Assembly (NCBI GenBank): GCA_947624995.1
Contig: CANQMS010000004.1
Coordinates: 2,139 to 66,138, forward strand
Origin: an uncultured Clostridia bacterium
GTDB taxonomy: Bacteria; Bacillota; Clostridia; Oscillospirales; CAG-272
Direction of reading: 5' to 3'
DNA length: 64,000 nt
This document shows, piece by piece, positions 45,989 through 54,927 of this stretch. Every line of letters starts with the position of its first letter. The stretch's first letter is position 1. Both the position numbers and the translations under genes were made by a program. Below the pieces are notes generated by a model. It saw only the letters and a list, made by a program, of their open reading frames with translations. It did not search any database and was not told the DNA's origin.

Positions 45989-47374
45989 ATGCCGAATATG
46001 TCCCCTAAAATGAACGAAATGCCGACGCTGCCGCCGGAGGTTCGCTCGAAGTGCTTTTCCGAGGTCGCCCTCGGCTACACCGAAGAGGCGGCGCTCGACG
46101 AGGCGGCGCGCTGCCTGCACTGCAAAAACGCGCCGTGCGTCACAGGCTGCCCCGTGAACATCCGCATCCCCGATTTTATCGCGCGCCTTCGCGAGCGCGA
46201 CTTTAGCGGAGCATATGATATAATCGCCGATTCGAGCTCCCTTCCCGCCGTGTGCGGGCGCGTCTGCCCGCAGGAGACACAGTGTGAGTCAAAGTGCGTC
46301 CGCGGCATAAAGGGAGACGCCGTCGGGATCGGTCGACTCGAGCGGTTCGTCGCCGACAGGCACAACGCGGATCCGGCAAAATCCGCGCCGCACATGGAAA
46401 AAAACGGTCACCGCGTCGCCGTCGTCGGTTCGGGTCCGTCCGGGCTGACGTGCGCGGGCGACCTCGCCCGCCTCGGCTACGAGGTGACGGTGTTTGAGGC
46501 GCTGCACACCGCGGGCGGCGTCCTCGTCTACGGCATACCGGAGTTCCGTCTGCCGAAATCCATCGTGCGCGGCGAGATCGAGAACCTTGTCGCCCTCGGC
46601 GTAAAATTCGAGACGGACATGGTGATCGGCAAAGTCCTGTCGATAGACGACCTGCTCGACGACGGCTTCGAGGCAGTGTTCATCGGCACGGGCGCGGGGC
46701 TCCCGAAATTCATGAACATCCCGGGCGAGAGCTGCAACGGCGTATACTCCGCGAACGAATTTCTGACGCGCGTCAACCTCATGGGCGCGTTCCGCGATGA
46801 TGCGGACACGCCCGTCATGCGCGCGCGGCGCGTCGCCGTCGTCGGCGGCGGCAACGTCGCGATGGATGCGGCGCGTTCGGCGCTCCGCCTCGGCGCGGAG
46901 GAGGTCTCTATCGTGTACCGGCGCGGCGAGGATGAGCTGCCTGCGCGCCGCGAGGAGGTCGAGCACGCGAAGGAGGAGGGCATCGTCTTCCGTCTGCTTA
47001 CGAGCCCGACGGAAATTCTCGGCGACGAAAAGCGCGCCGTCCGCGCGATAAAATGCATCAAAATGGAGCTCGGCGAGCCGGACGCGTCCGGTCGCCGCCG
47101 CCCGATCCCCGTCGAGGGCTCGGATTTCGAGCTGCCCGTCGACTGCGTCATAATGGCGCTCGGCACCTCGCCGAACCCGCTGATAAAGGATACGACCGAG
47201 GGTCTCGAAACCGAGCGCCGCGGCGGCATCGTCACGGACGAGGTCGGCAAAACATCCCGCGAGGCAGTCTATGCCGGCGGCGACGCCGTCACCGGCGCCG
47301 CGACCGTCATCCTCGCCATGGGCGCCGGCAAGACGGCGGCACGGGCGATTGACGAGTATATTAAGAATAAGTAA
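45989..47374 (+). CDS. nfnB: NfnB / NADPH-dependent glutamate-synthase-beta-like large subunit
   Basis: CLHCKNAPC...GCP and CGRVCPQETQCESKC clusters; GSGPSGLTCAGDLA and YGIPEFRLPK. Confidence 0.88.
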   Translation: MPNMSPKMNEMPTLPPEVRSKCFSEVALGYTEEAALDEAARCLHCKNAPCVTGCPVNIRIPDFIARLRERDFSGAYDIIADSSSLPAVCGRVCPQETQCESKCVRGIKGDAVGIGRLERFVADRHNADPAKSAPHMEKNGHRVAVVGSGPSGLTCAGDLARLGYEVTVFEALHTAGGVLVYGIPEFRLPKSIVRGEIENLVALGVKFETDMVIGKVLSIDDLLDDGFEAVFIGTGAGLPKFMNIPGESCNGVYSANEFLTRVNLMGAFRDDADTPVMRARRVAVVGGGNVAMDAARSALRLGAEEVSIVYRRGEDELPARREEVEHAKEEGIVFRLLTSPTEILGDEKRAVRAIKCIKMELGEPDASGRRRPIPVEGSDFELPVDCVIMALGTSPNPLIKDTTEGLETERRGGIVTDEVGKTSREAVYAGGDAVTGAATVILAMGAGKTAARAIDEYIKNK

Positions 47375-47379
47375 GTTTA

Positions 47380-47435
47380 TCCGGGGAAAACTTTTGGAAA
47401 AAGTTTTCCCCGGACCCTTTTCAAAACTTTTTACC
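47380..47435 (+). repeat. 3'-UTR hairpin element, copy 1 (terminator-like)
   Basis: TCCGGGGAAAACTTTT-ggaa-AAAGTTTTCCCCGGA followed by CCCTTTTCAAAACTTTTTACC. It starts 5 nt after the nfnB stop. Confidence 0.7.
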
Positions 47436-47454
47436 GATTTACATACGTGTGCGT

Positions 47455-47483
47455 TTGACTTGCGATCTGTTTTTTGATATGAT
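47455..47483 (+). promoter_or_regulatory. Sigma-A-type promoter of the radical SAM gene
   Basis: TTGACT-17 nt-TATGAT. Confidence 0.55.
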
Positions 47484-47521
47484 GTAGGCGCATACCGCAC
47501 AGCGACGTTAAGGATGAAAAT

Positions 47522-48436
47522 ATGACAAAGCGCTACAATACCCTCTCCGCGTATCTGCGGGAAAATTACGGCGGGCGGCTCGGGAAGATCTGCATAGACG
47601 GCGGCTTTTCCTGCCCGAACCGGGACGGGACGTGCGGCGTCGGCGGCTGCATCTTCTGCGGCGAGCGCGGCGCGGGCGAACATATAAAACCCGCCCCGAT
47701 AGGCGAGCAGGTGCGCGCATACCTCGCCTCGCCCGCGGCGGCGAAATACGGCGGATATATCGCGTATTTTCAGAATTTCACCAACACATACGCGCCGCCC
47801 GGCGTCCTGCGCGAGCGATACGCGGAGGCGCTGTGCGACCATCGCATCCGCGTGCTCGCGGTCGGCACGCGCCCGGACTGCGTCGACGCGGAGCGCGCCG
47901 ATGTGCTCACGGGATTTTCCGCCGACCGGGACGTCTGGTGCGAGCTCGGGCTCCAGACCGCGTCCGACGAAACGGCGCGGTTCATAAACCGCGGATATGA
48001 AACGGCGCGCCTCGCGGACGCCATAGACATTTTGAGCAAACGCGGGATAAAAACCGTCATTCACATCATCATCGGGCTCCCCCGCGCCCGCTCCCTTCGC
48101 GAGGGCGAGCGGGAGCTCTGCGAGACTATACGCCTCATCAATTCCCTGCCCGTCTTCGGCGTCAAGATACATTCGCTCTATGTCATGCGCGGTACGCGCC
48201 TCTGCGAGCTCTGGGAGCGCGGCGAATATCAGCCGTTCGAAATGGACGAATACGTCCGCCTCGCGGCGGAGGCGATATCGCGCCTCCGCCCCGACATCAT
48301 CCTGCACCGCGTCACCGGCGACTGCCCGCGCCCGCTGCTCGCCGCGCCCGACTGGAACACGCGCAAAAGCGAGGTGATCTCCCGCATCGACGCGTACCTC
48401 GAATCGCACGACCTCCGTCAGGGCTCGAAAATATGA
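47522..48436 (+). CDS. TIGR01212-family radical SAM protein (YtqA-like)
   Basis: YNTLSAYLRENYGGRLGKICIDGGFSCPNRDGTCGVGGCIFCGERG is the characteristic N-terminus of this family. Confidence 0.85.
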   Translation: MTKRYNTLSAYLRENYGGRLGKICIDGGFSCPNRDGTCGVGGCIFCGERGAGEHIKPAPIGEQVRAYLASPAAAKYGGYIAYFQNFTNTYAPPGVLRERYAEALCDHRIRVLAVGTRPDCVDAERADVLTGFSADRDVWCELGLQTASDETARFINRGYETARLADAIDILSKRGIKTVIHIIIGLPRARSLREGERELCETIRLINSLPVFGVKIHSLYVMRGTRLCELWERGEYQPFEMDEYVRLAAEAISRLRPDIILHRVTGDCPRPLLAAPDWNTRKSEVISRIDAYLESHDLRQGSKI

Positions 48437-48445
48437 CTTTCACGC

Positions 48446-48489
48446 TTTCGGGAACGGCAAGCTCGCCTTGCCGTTCCCGAATTTATTTA
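48446..48489 (+). terminator. Intrinsic terminator after the radical SAM gene
   Basis: TTCGGGAACGGCAAG-ctcg-CCTTGCCGTTCCCGAA followed by TTTATTTAT. Confidence 0.8.
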
Positions 48490-48765
48490 TGCGCTCATCA
48501 CCCCACAACGCCATGGCGCAAGGCAGATACGCGATGAGGGCAACATGTATTGCTTTAAAAACGAGTCAAAAAAGCGGAGCTGCCAGCCCGAATCCGCTCT
48601 CTCGCGCGTCGTCAAACGCATCCGCATGTGAAAGCGCCATGTCGAGCAACGTGAAGGTCTCGTTGCGCTGCCCGAACTCCCACTAAACGCGTGCGAGATA
48701 GAGATACCGTCACAAAACATACATATGATGGCGTCCGAAATTGCCCTCGTCTAATAACAGTTGGA
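48490..48765 (-). pseudogene. Remnant of the C-terminal part of a paralog of the adjacent XRE/TPR regulator
   Basis: 48570-48762 aligns by eye with 49018-49205 (high nucleotide identity). The translation HHMYVL*RYLYLARV*WEFGQRNETFTLLDMALSHADAFDD carries two in-frame stops compared with HHMYVSWLYLYLARIQWERGQHDEAFASLDMALSHADAFDD. Confidence 0.75.
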
Positions 48766-48843
48766 ATAAAAAATCCAATAGTAAAAATTCTTGAAACGGG
48801 GGTGCGGTGGAGAAACTTCTTTTAAGAAGTTTCTCCACCGCAC
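48765..48843 (-). repeat. 3'-UTR hairpin element, copy 2
   Basis: A 19-bp stem GTGCGGTGGAGAAACTTCT/AGAAGTTTCTCCACCGCAC followed, in gene orientation, by CCCCGTTTCAAGAATTTTTACTATTGGATTTTTTATT. It lies 6 nt after the XRE stop. Confidence 0.8.
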
Positions 48844-48849
48844 ATTATT

Positions 48850-50022
48850 TTACCTCTCCGTCTTCTCGACCCATGCCGTCCAGCGCGGGTCGGCGGAAAT
48901 TTCGCGCTTTATTTCTTCTGAATCGGGATTTGCCCACGCTGGAAAATCGTCCGGCAGATATCGGCGGCTCGGAACGGGCGGGCGTTCGCTTTTTATATCG
49001 CTGTCAACGCCGCGCACAAGCGGAGCCGTCAACCCGAACCCGTGTTCGCACGCATCGTCAAACGCGTCCGCGTGTGAAAGCGCCATGTCGAGCGACGCGA
49101 AAGCCTCGTCGTGCTGCCCGCGCTCCCACTGAATGCGTGCGAGATAAAGATAAAGCCACGAAACGTACATATGATGGCGTCCGAAATTGCCGTCGTCGAA
49201 TATCAGATCGTACACTTTGAGCAGTCCCTTTATTTTCCCCGCCGGCACGTCTGTTTCATAAAGCTGCTTTTGCGAAATGATGTCTTGGATCAAATGCTCG
49301 GACAGCTCCCGCAACAGCGCCGTCACTGCGCGCCCTTCCGCGCGCGCACGCTCAGCGCCGCTCGCGGCATATGCCTCCCACGCCTCGCGCGACATATCGA
49401 ACGGCGGCAGTTTCTTCGCCGCCGCAAGCGCATGTTCGCCGTCGCCGACGCATGAATAAAGATTCACAAGTCCGACAAGAGAGCCGCAGGCCGTATCAAA
49501 ATTCCGCGAATCCTTGGCAAGCGTTTCGTACAGTTTCAGCGCCTCGTCCCAATATTCGTTCCGGCGCGGGATGTGACAGAGAAAGCCGTCCGCGTCGTAG
49601 TCCCATTCCTCACCACTCCGGCGGTACCCGGCGTCCTTCAGCGCACAGGCAAGCCTGTATGTCAGCCGCTCATTTCCCGGGAACTCCGCGACGCCTCCGC
49701 GAAGTATCGCGATGCTCTCGTCTATCGCAGATTCAAGCCTTGCATCGCTCTGCGACAGCCCCATGACGCCGAGAGCGTCCGCACGTGCGATGATCTCATC
49801 TATTTTTCGCTCGCGCTCACAGTCGTAACCGAAAAGCTCATCTATCGTGATACCGAAAAAGTTTGCGACCGGCGGTATCATCTCCATGTCGGGATATGCC
49901 CCGCTCGTCTCCCAGCGGGAGACAGCCTGCGGCGATATGCCGAGGGCGTCCGCAAGCTCTTCCTGCGTCACGCCGCGCCTCCGCCGCAGCTCACGTATCT
50001 TCTCGCCCAATTTAAGCTGCAT
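48850..50022 (-). CDS. XRE-family HTH transcriptional regulator with a long helical (TPR-like) C-terminal domain
   Basis: LGEKIRELRRRRGVTQEELADALGISPQAVSRWETSGAYPDMEMI is a Cro/C1-type HTH. Confidence 0.85.
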   Translation of the reverse strand: MQLKLGEKIRELRRRRGVTQEELADALGISPQAVSRWETSGAYPDMEMIPPVANFFGITIDELFGYDCERERKIDEIIARADALGVMGLSQSDARLESAIDESIAILRGGVAEFPGNERLTYRLACALKDAGYRRSGEEWDYDADGFLCHIPRRNEYWDEALKLYETLAKDSRNFDTACGSLVGLVNLYSCVGDGEHALAAAKKLPPFDMSREAWEAYAASGAERARAEGRAVTALLRELSEHLIQDIISQKQLYETDVPAGKIKGLLKVYDLIFDDGNFGRHHMYVSWLYLYLARIQWERGQHDEAFASLDMALSHADAFDDACEHGFGLTAPLVRGVDSDIKSERPPVPSRRYLPDDFPAWANPDSEEIKREISADPRWTAWVEKTER

Positions 50023-50157
50023 AAATAATTCTCCTTTTTCATGTTTTCATGATCTTCACCGGTGTGACTTTATTATACAGCCTCGAAAACGCACGCGTCA
50101 ATTATCAATCAGTTGCAGAAAAATCAACCGATGATTGTCCCCGCTTTTCACCCCTCG

Positions 50158-50238
50158 AAATAAAAATTCCAATAATTAAAATTTCTTGAAGCGGGGGTGC
50201 GGGGGAGAAACTTCTTCTAAGAAGTTTCTCCCCCGCAC
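50158..50238 (-). repeat. 3'-UTR hairpin element, copy 3
   Basis: GTGCGGGGGAGAAACTTCT/AGAAGTTTCTCCCCCGCAC followed by CCCCGCTTCAAGAAATTTTAATTATTGGAATTTTTATTT. It lies 22 nt after the kinase stop. Confidence 0.8.
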
Positions 50239-50260
50239 TCTAATATTCCGAATACTTATC

Positions 50261-51859
50261 TCACAGATTCTCGGTCGCTGCTTTTTCGACGGCGAGACCG
50301 GCGCGGTAGCGCTTGATAAAGGAGGTGAAGCCCTTTACATCGCGAGGATTCGGTTCGAGCGTGGTGCCCTTGTCGCCGTGGAACACACGCTCGGAAAGGA
50401 ACGATTCGAGCGTTTCTCCCTCGGTCTTGTTGACAAGGTAAGACGAGAGCAGCGCCATGCCCCACGGACCGCCCTCCCCCGCCGTCTTCATGACGGAAAC
50501 TGGCGAGTTTATAGCCGCCGCGAGATAACTCTGACCGACGCGCTCCGTCTTGAAGAGCCCGCCGTGACCGTACATCATATCGACCTTGACGCCCTCCTCC
50601 TCGAAGAGGATGTCGAGCCCTATCTTCAGCGCGCCGAGCGTAGAGAAGAGGATCGAGCGCGTGAAATTCGCGAAGTTGAAGTTGCCGTCCGGCGTGCGGA
50701 CGAAGAGCGGTCTGCCCGTGTCGAGCCCCGTTACGTGCTCGCCGGAGAGATACCCGTACGACATGAGCCCGCCGCAGTCGGCGTCGCCCTTTTCCGACTG
50801 GAAATAGACTATGTCATAAAGCTTCCACTTCGGGATGTCGCACCCCGCCTCATGGAGCAGCTCGGCGAACATGTCGACCCAGCCGTTCAGGTCCGAGGTG
50901 CAGTTGTTGCAGTGTACCATCGCGACGAGCTTGCCCGTCGGCGTTGTGACGATGTCTATCTCGGGATAATATCCCTTGAGCGGGCGCTCGAGCACGACCA
51001 TCGCGAAGACGGACGTCCCGGCGGAGGTGTTGCCCGTGCGCGGCGCGACGCTGTTCGTAGCGACCATGCCCGTTCCGGCGTCGCCCTCCGGCGGCGCGAG
51101 CGGTATGCCCGCCTCAAGGTTGCCGGACGGGTCGAGCAGCTTTGCGCCTTCCGCTGTCAGCCTGCCTGCATCCTCGCCCGCCATGACGGCACGCGGAAGG
51201 ATGTCGCGGAGGTGCCACGGATAGTTCTTGTGCTCGATCAGAGCCTCGAACTTCTCTATCAACCATTCGTCATACGTGTTTGTCGACTGATCTATCGGGA
51301 AGACGCCGGACGCGTCGCCGATGCCGAGGACGCGCTCGCCCGTCAGCTTCCAGTGAATGTATCCGGCGAGCGTCGTTATGAACCGGATGTCCGGGACGTG
51401 CGGCTCATCGTTCAGGATCGCCTGATAGAGGTGCGAAATGCTCCAGCGCTGCGGGATGTTGAAATGGAATTTTTCCGAAAGGATCTCGGACGCCTCGCCC
51501 GTGATCGAGTTGCGCCACGTGCGGAACGGCACGAGCATATCGCCCGCCTCGTCAAAGACGAGGTAGCCGTGCATCATCGCCGAGAAACCGATAGCGCCGA
51601 CGCGGTGCAGCGTGACGCCGTATTCGTCCTTGACCGCCGCCGCAAGCTTTGCGTAGCTGTCACGGACGCCGTTCCAGATGTCTTCCTCGCTGTAAGTCCA
51701 GATTCCGTTTTCAAGCTTGTTTTCCCAGTCGTGCGCGCCGGAAACGATCGGCGCAAAATCGTCCCCGATAAGGACGGATTTGATCCTCGTCGAGCCGAGC
51801 TCGATGCCGATGACGCATCTGCCGCTCTCTATCGCTTTTTTGATCTCGTTGTGTTCCAC
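50261..51859 (-). CDS. FGGY-family carbohydrate (pentulose) kinase; xylulokinase/ribulokinase-like, specificity unassigned
   Basis: [15 protein letters not shown] (phosphate-1), full-length FGGY-like. The start was placed at the GTG at 51859, with GGAGGT 7 nt upstream. Confidence 0.8.
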   Translation of the reverse strand: MEHNEIKKAIESGRCVIGIELGSTRIKSVLIGDDFAPIVSGAHDWENKLENGIWTYSEEDIWNGVRDSYAKLAAAVKDEYGVTLHRVGAIGFSAMMHGYLVFDEAGDMLVPFRTWRNSITGEASEILSEKFHFNIPQRWSISHLYQAILNDEPHVPDIRFITTLAGYIHWKLTGERVLGIGDASGVFPIDQSTNTYDEWLIEKFEALIEHKNYPWHLRDILPRAVMAGEDAGRLTAEGAKLLDPSGNLEAGIPLAPPEGDAGTGMVATNSVAPRTGNTSAGTSVFAMVVLERPLKGYYPEIDIVTTPTGKLVAMVHCNNCTSDLNGWVDMFAELLHEAGCDIPKWKLYDIVYFQSEKGDADCGGLMSYGYLSGEHVTGLDTGRPLFVRTPDGNFNFANFTRSILFSTLGALKIGLDILFEEEGVKVDMMYGHGGLFKTERVGQSYLAAAINSPVSVMKTAGEGGPWGMALLSSYLVNKTEGETLESFLSERVFHGDKGTTLEPNPRDVKGFTSFIKRYRAGLAVEKAATENL

Positions 51860-51995
51860 TTTATGTACCTCCGTTTTTCCGCCGCAGCGGACTATCCTTA
51901 ATAATAATACTATAAAATCTGCCGGATTGCAAGCCCGCCGGGCGTATTTTTTTGTGAATGTGTGCCATATTTTCGCGTTTGGCGCGCAAAGGCAT

Positions 51996-52021
51996 GAAAA
52001 ACCCGGCGCGGGGGCGCCGGG
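51996..52021 (-). terminator. Intrinsic terminator
   Basis: The minus strand reads CCCGGCGC-cccc-GCGCCGGG followed by TTTTTCATG. Confidence 0.7.
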
Positions 52022-52051
52022 TCGGTGCAATATTTTGTGCCGATCATTCCG

Positions 52052-52834
52052 TCACTTCTGTTCCGCGTCCGCCGAGGACCCCGTGCCTGCCGCCGGGTCC
52101 TCGTCTCCGCCCTCACCGTCCGGGTGGGAGAAGAGGTCGAGGCGCATCTCGGTCATAAGCCCGAAATACGACGACACGTCTTCCGGGACAAAACCTCCTC
52201 TGTAAGCCTCGCTCGCCGCCCTGTCGGTGACAAGACCCGTGAGCCCCGTCAAGTGGAACATTATCGCGAGCGCAAGTATCATTCCCTTGACGCCGAGCGG
52301 CGTCGAGAGCGCCGGCGCGAGATCGCGCCCCCAGATGCAGTAAAACATCAGCGGGAGCAATAGGAGCATTATGGGGATTATATCGCGTATGACCTGAGAC
52401 GCCGCCTCTCCCGCGTACTGCCCCGCCTCACCTATGCGGGACAGGGACGACCAGCGGAAATATTCGCCGAAAGCGCCAAGGAAAACGAGATGTACAATGA
52501 AAAGCAGCGTTATGACCGACGACAGCGTTATCACGATATAGACGTTTATCCTGTTTACAAAAAGCGTCGACAACAGCGTCAGCACACAGCCGACGGAGAG
52601 CGAGAATACGAGCGTGTAGAACACGCCGGCAAGCCCTCTGCCCTGCCCGCGCGCAACGTGAAAAACGAGCTCATCGTACAGTATGAGCGCCGGGAACCAG
52701 AAAAGGAACGCGCGGTTCCGGCGAAAAAGGCGCTCAAAAAGCCCGCGCCGCCCGCGATAGCTCTCCTCTGCGTTGAACCTTCTCCTGTCGCCCATTCCTC
52801 CGCCGCCTCCGTATCTCGGGTCCATAGAAAGCAC
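52052..52834 (-). CDS. Polytopic membrane protein resembling the N-terminal TM module of LtaS-type proteins, without a catalytic domain
   Basis: About 5 TM helices, a Gly/Arg-rich N-terminus and an acidic low-complexity C-terminus. The functional call is weak. Confidence 0.5.
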   Translation of the reverse strand: MLSMDPRYGGGGGMGDRRRFNAEESYRGRRGLFERLFRRNRAFLFWFPALILYDELVFHVARGQGRGLAGVFYTLVFSLSVGCVLTLLSTLFVNRINVYIVITLSSVITLLFIVHLVFLGAFGEYFRWSSLSRIGEAGQYAGEAASQVIRDIIPIMLLLLPLMFYCIWGRDLAPALSTPLGVKGMILALAIMFHLTGLTGLVTDRAASEAYRGGFVPEDVSSYFGLMTEMRLDLFSHPDGEGGDEDPAAGTGSSADAEQK

Positions 52835-53003
52835 CTCCGCCGCCCTTTTTTACGTGTGTTTTATTTTATCACAAGGCGCCATTCAATGTATGAACGGTTT
52901 GTAACTTTTCTCCGTTTCTTTTCTTCTCTTTATCCCCGTTTGCCCGCGGCGCGCGGTTTTGCAGTTTTGCCGCCTTTTTTCGCCGCGCGTCGTTTATGGG
53001 GAA

Positions 53004-54032
53004 TTATATCGAGTCCGCAATCTCGTAAACGAGCCGCTCCGTCTTCTCCCAGCCGAGGCACGGGTCCGTGATAGACTTGCCGTAGACGCACTCGCCTATT
53101 TTCTGCGCGCCGTCCTCGATATAGCTCTCGATCATGAACCCGCGGAAGAGCTTCTTTACATCGGGATTTATGCGGCAGGAGTGCAGCACCTCGCGGACGA
53201 TGCGCGGCTGCTCCGTATACACCTTGCCGGAGTTCGCGTGATTCGTGTCGACGATCAGCGCGGGATTCGAAAGACCGCTCTCCGCGTACGTTTCCGCGAG
53301 GCGGCAGAGGTCCTCGTAGTGATAGTTCGGGTGCGTCTGCCCGTATGTGTCGACGTACCCGCGCAAGATCGCGTGCGCGTACGGGTTGCCCTGCGAATGG
53401 ACCTCCCAGCCGCGGTAGAGAAAAGTGTGCTTGTGCTGTGCCGCCGTTATCGCGTTCATCATGACGGAGATGTCCCCTCCTGTCGGGTTCTTCATTCCGA
53501 CCGGGATCAGAAGTCCGCTCGCCGTCAGCCTGTGCTGCTGGTTCTCGACGGAGCGCGCGCCGACCGCGACGTATGCGAGAATATCGTTTAAATACCTGTG
53601 ATCCTCCGGGTAGAGCATCTCGTCCGCGCACGAATATCCCGTCTCCCGGAGAGCGCGCATATGGATGCCGCGTATCGCGAGGATGCCCTTGTACATATCC
53701 GGCTTTTCGTTCGGGTTCGGCTGGTGGAGCATACCCTTGTAGCCGTCGCCCGTCGTGCGCGGCTTGTTCGTGTATATCCTCGGGATGAAAAAAATCTTGT
53801 CCCCGACCTTGTCTTCAAGGCGGCGCAGCCGAGTGACGTAATCTATCACGCTGTCTTCGTTGTCCGCAGAGCACGGTCCGATTATGAGTATCAGCTTGTC
53901 GTTTTTGCCCTCGAAAATATCCCGCAGCTCGGCGGCGCGCGCCGCGACGTTTGCGGTGTCCTCCTCGGATATCGGAAACAGCTTTTTTACCTCTTGCGGT
54001 ATAGGCAGCTTCCGCTCGAAAATCATGTTCAT
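53004..54032 (-). CDS. 3-deoxy-7-phosphoheptulonate (DAHP) synthase, class I-alpha (AroF/G/H-like)
   Basis: LILIIGPCSADNEDS ... RIYTNKPRTTGDGYKGMLHQP aligns with E. coli AroG-type enzymes. Confidence 0.9.
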   Translation of the reverse strand: MNMIFERKLPIPQEVKKLFPISEEDTANVAARAAELRDIFEGKNDKLILIIGPCSADNEDSVIDYVTRLRRLEDKVGDKIFFIPRIYTNKPRTTGDGYKGMLHQPNPNEKPDMYKGILAIRGIHMRALRETGYSCADEMLYPEDHRYLNDILAYVAVGARSVENQQHRLTASGLLIPVGMKNPTGGDISVMMNAITAAQHKHTFLYRGWEVHSQGNPYAHAILRGYVDTYGQTHPNYHYEDLCRLAETYAESGLSNPALIVDTNHANSGKVYTEQPRIVREVLHSCRINPDVKKLFRGFMIESYIEDGAQKIGECVYGKSITDPCLGWEKTERLVYEIADSI

Positions 54033-54052
54033 GTTCTATCCTGTCCCCCGGG

Positions 54053-54910
54053 TCACTTTTTGTCAAATTTCGCGCGGCGCTCGGTCGAGTGGCGCATCAT
54101 CTCGCGCATCCCCGCCTCATCTCCCGCCGATATCATATTCCGCAGCTTTAAAAACTGCGCCGAGAACATATCCATCTGCCGCAAAAGCGCGTCCTTGTTC
54201 GCGAGGAAAAGCTCGCTCCACATCAGGTCGTTTATCCGCGCGATGCGCGTCAGGTCTCGGAACGAGTCCCCGGTGAAGCGCTCTATATGCTCTTCCTCAT
54301 TGCACGTCATCAGCGCGACGGCTATGCAGTGCGTAAGCTGCGAGACGAACCCGATCATCTCGTCGTGCTCCTCGGGCGACAGCTCGGCGACGTTTGAAAA
54401 CCCGAGCAACAGTCCGAGCTCGCGGCACGTCTCGACGGCGTCGCGCGTGTTCTTCTCGGTCGGGGTGACGATGTAGTTCGCTCCGGCAAAAATGCGGGAT
54501 GTGCTGTTTTCTACGCCGTAGACCTCCCGCCCCGCCATCGGGTGCGCGGCGATGAACTCGACGTCCGGGCGGAGCATCTCCTGCACGCGGTAAACGACCG
54601 AGCACTTGACGCCCGTGACATCGGTCAGCAGCGCGCCGGGCTTCAGGTATTTCTGATTTTCCTCTATCCAATCAATGAAAATGTGCGGATAAAGCGCGAA
54701 GACGACAAGGTCGGCGCGGGCGATCATATCGGGGTCAATGCCTTCGGCGCCTTCGTCTATGATGCCGCGTTCGAGCGCGTAGTCTATCGAGCTTTGACGG
54801 CGCGTCAGCGCGCCGACGTGGAACCCGTACCGGTGGAGCGCCTCGGCGTAGCTGCCGCCGAGCAGCCCGAGCCCGACTATGAGTATATTTTTTCGGACGT
54901 CGATTATCAT
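54053..54910 (-). CDS. tyrA: Prephenate dehydrogenase
   Basis: Rossmann motif ILIVGLGLLGGSYA plus the AAHPMAG motif. Confidence 0.88.
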   Translation of the reverse strand: MIIDVRKNILIVGLGLLGGSYAEALHRYGFHVGALTRRQSSIDYALERGIIDEGAEGIDPDMIARADLVVFALYPHIFIDWIEENQKYLKPGALLTDVTGVKCSVVYRVQEMLRPDVEFIAAHPMAGREVYGVENSTSRIFAGANYIVTPTEKNTRDAVETCRELGLLLGFSNVAELSPEEHDEMIGFVSQLTHCIAVALMTCNEEEHIERFTGDSFRDLTRIARINDLMWSELFLANKDALLRQMDMFSAQFLKLRNMISAGDEAGMREMMRHSTERRAKFDKK

Positions 54911-54927
54911 TTTGTCTCTTACCTTTC

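Noticed and set aside
48765-50260. RNPP/Rgg-type quorum-sensing pair (HTH-TPR regulator plus an adjacent signalling-peptide gene).
   Set aside because: The flanks hold only the hairpin repeat elements and the paralog remnant. The only small plus-strand ORF upstream (from the ATG at 50049, 46 codons) has no SD and no signal-peptide-like or conserved C-terminal features.
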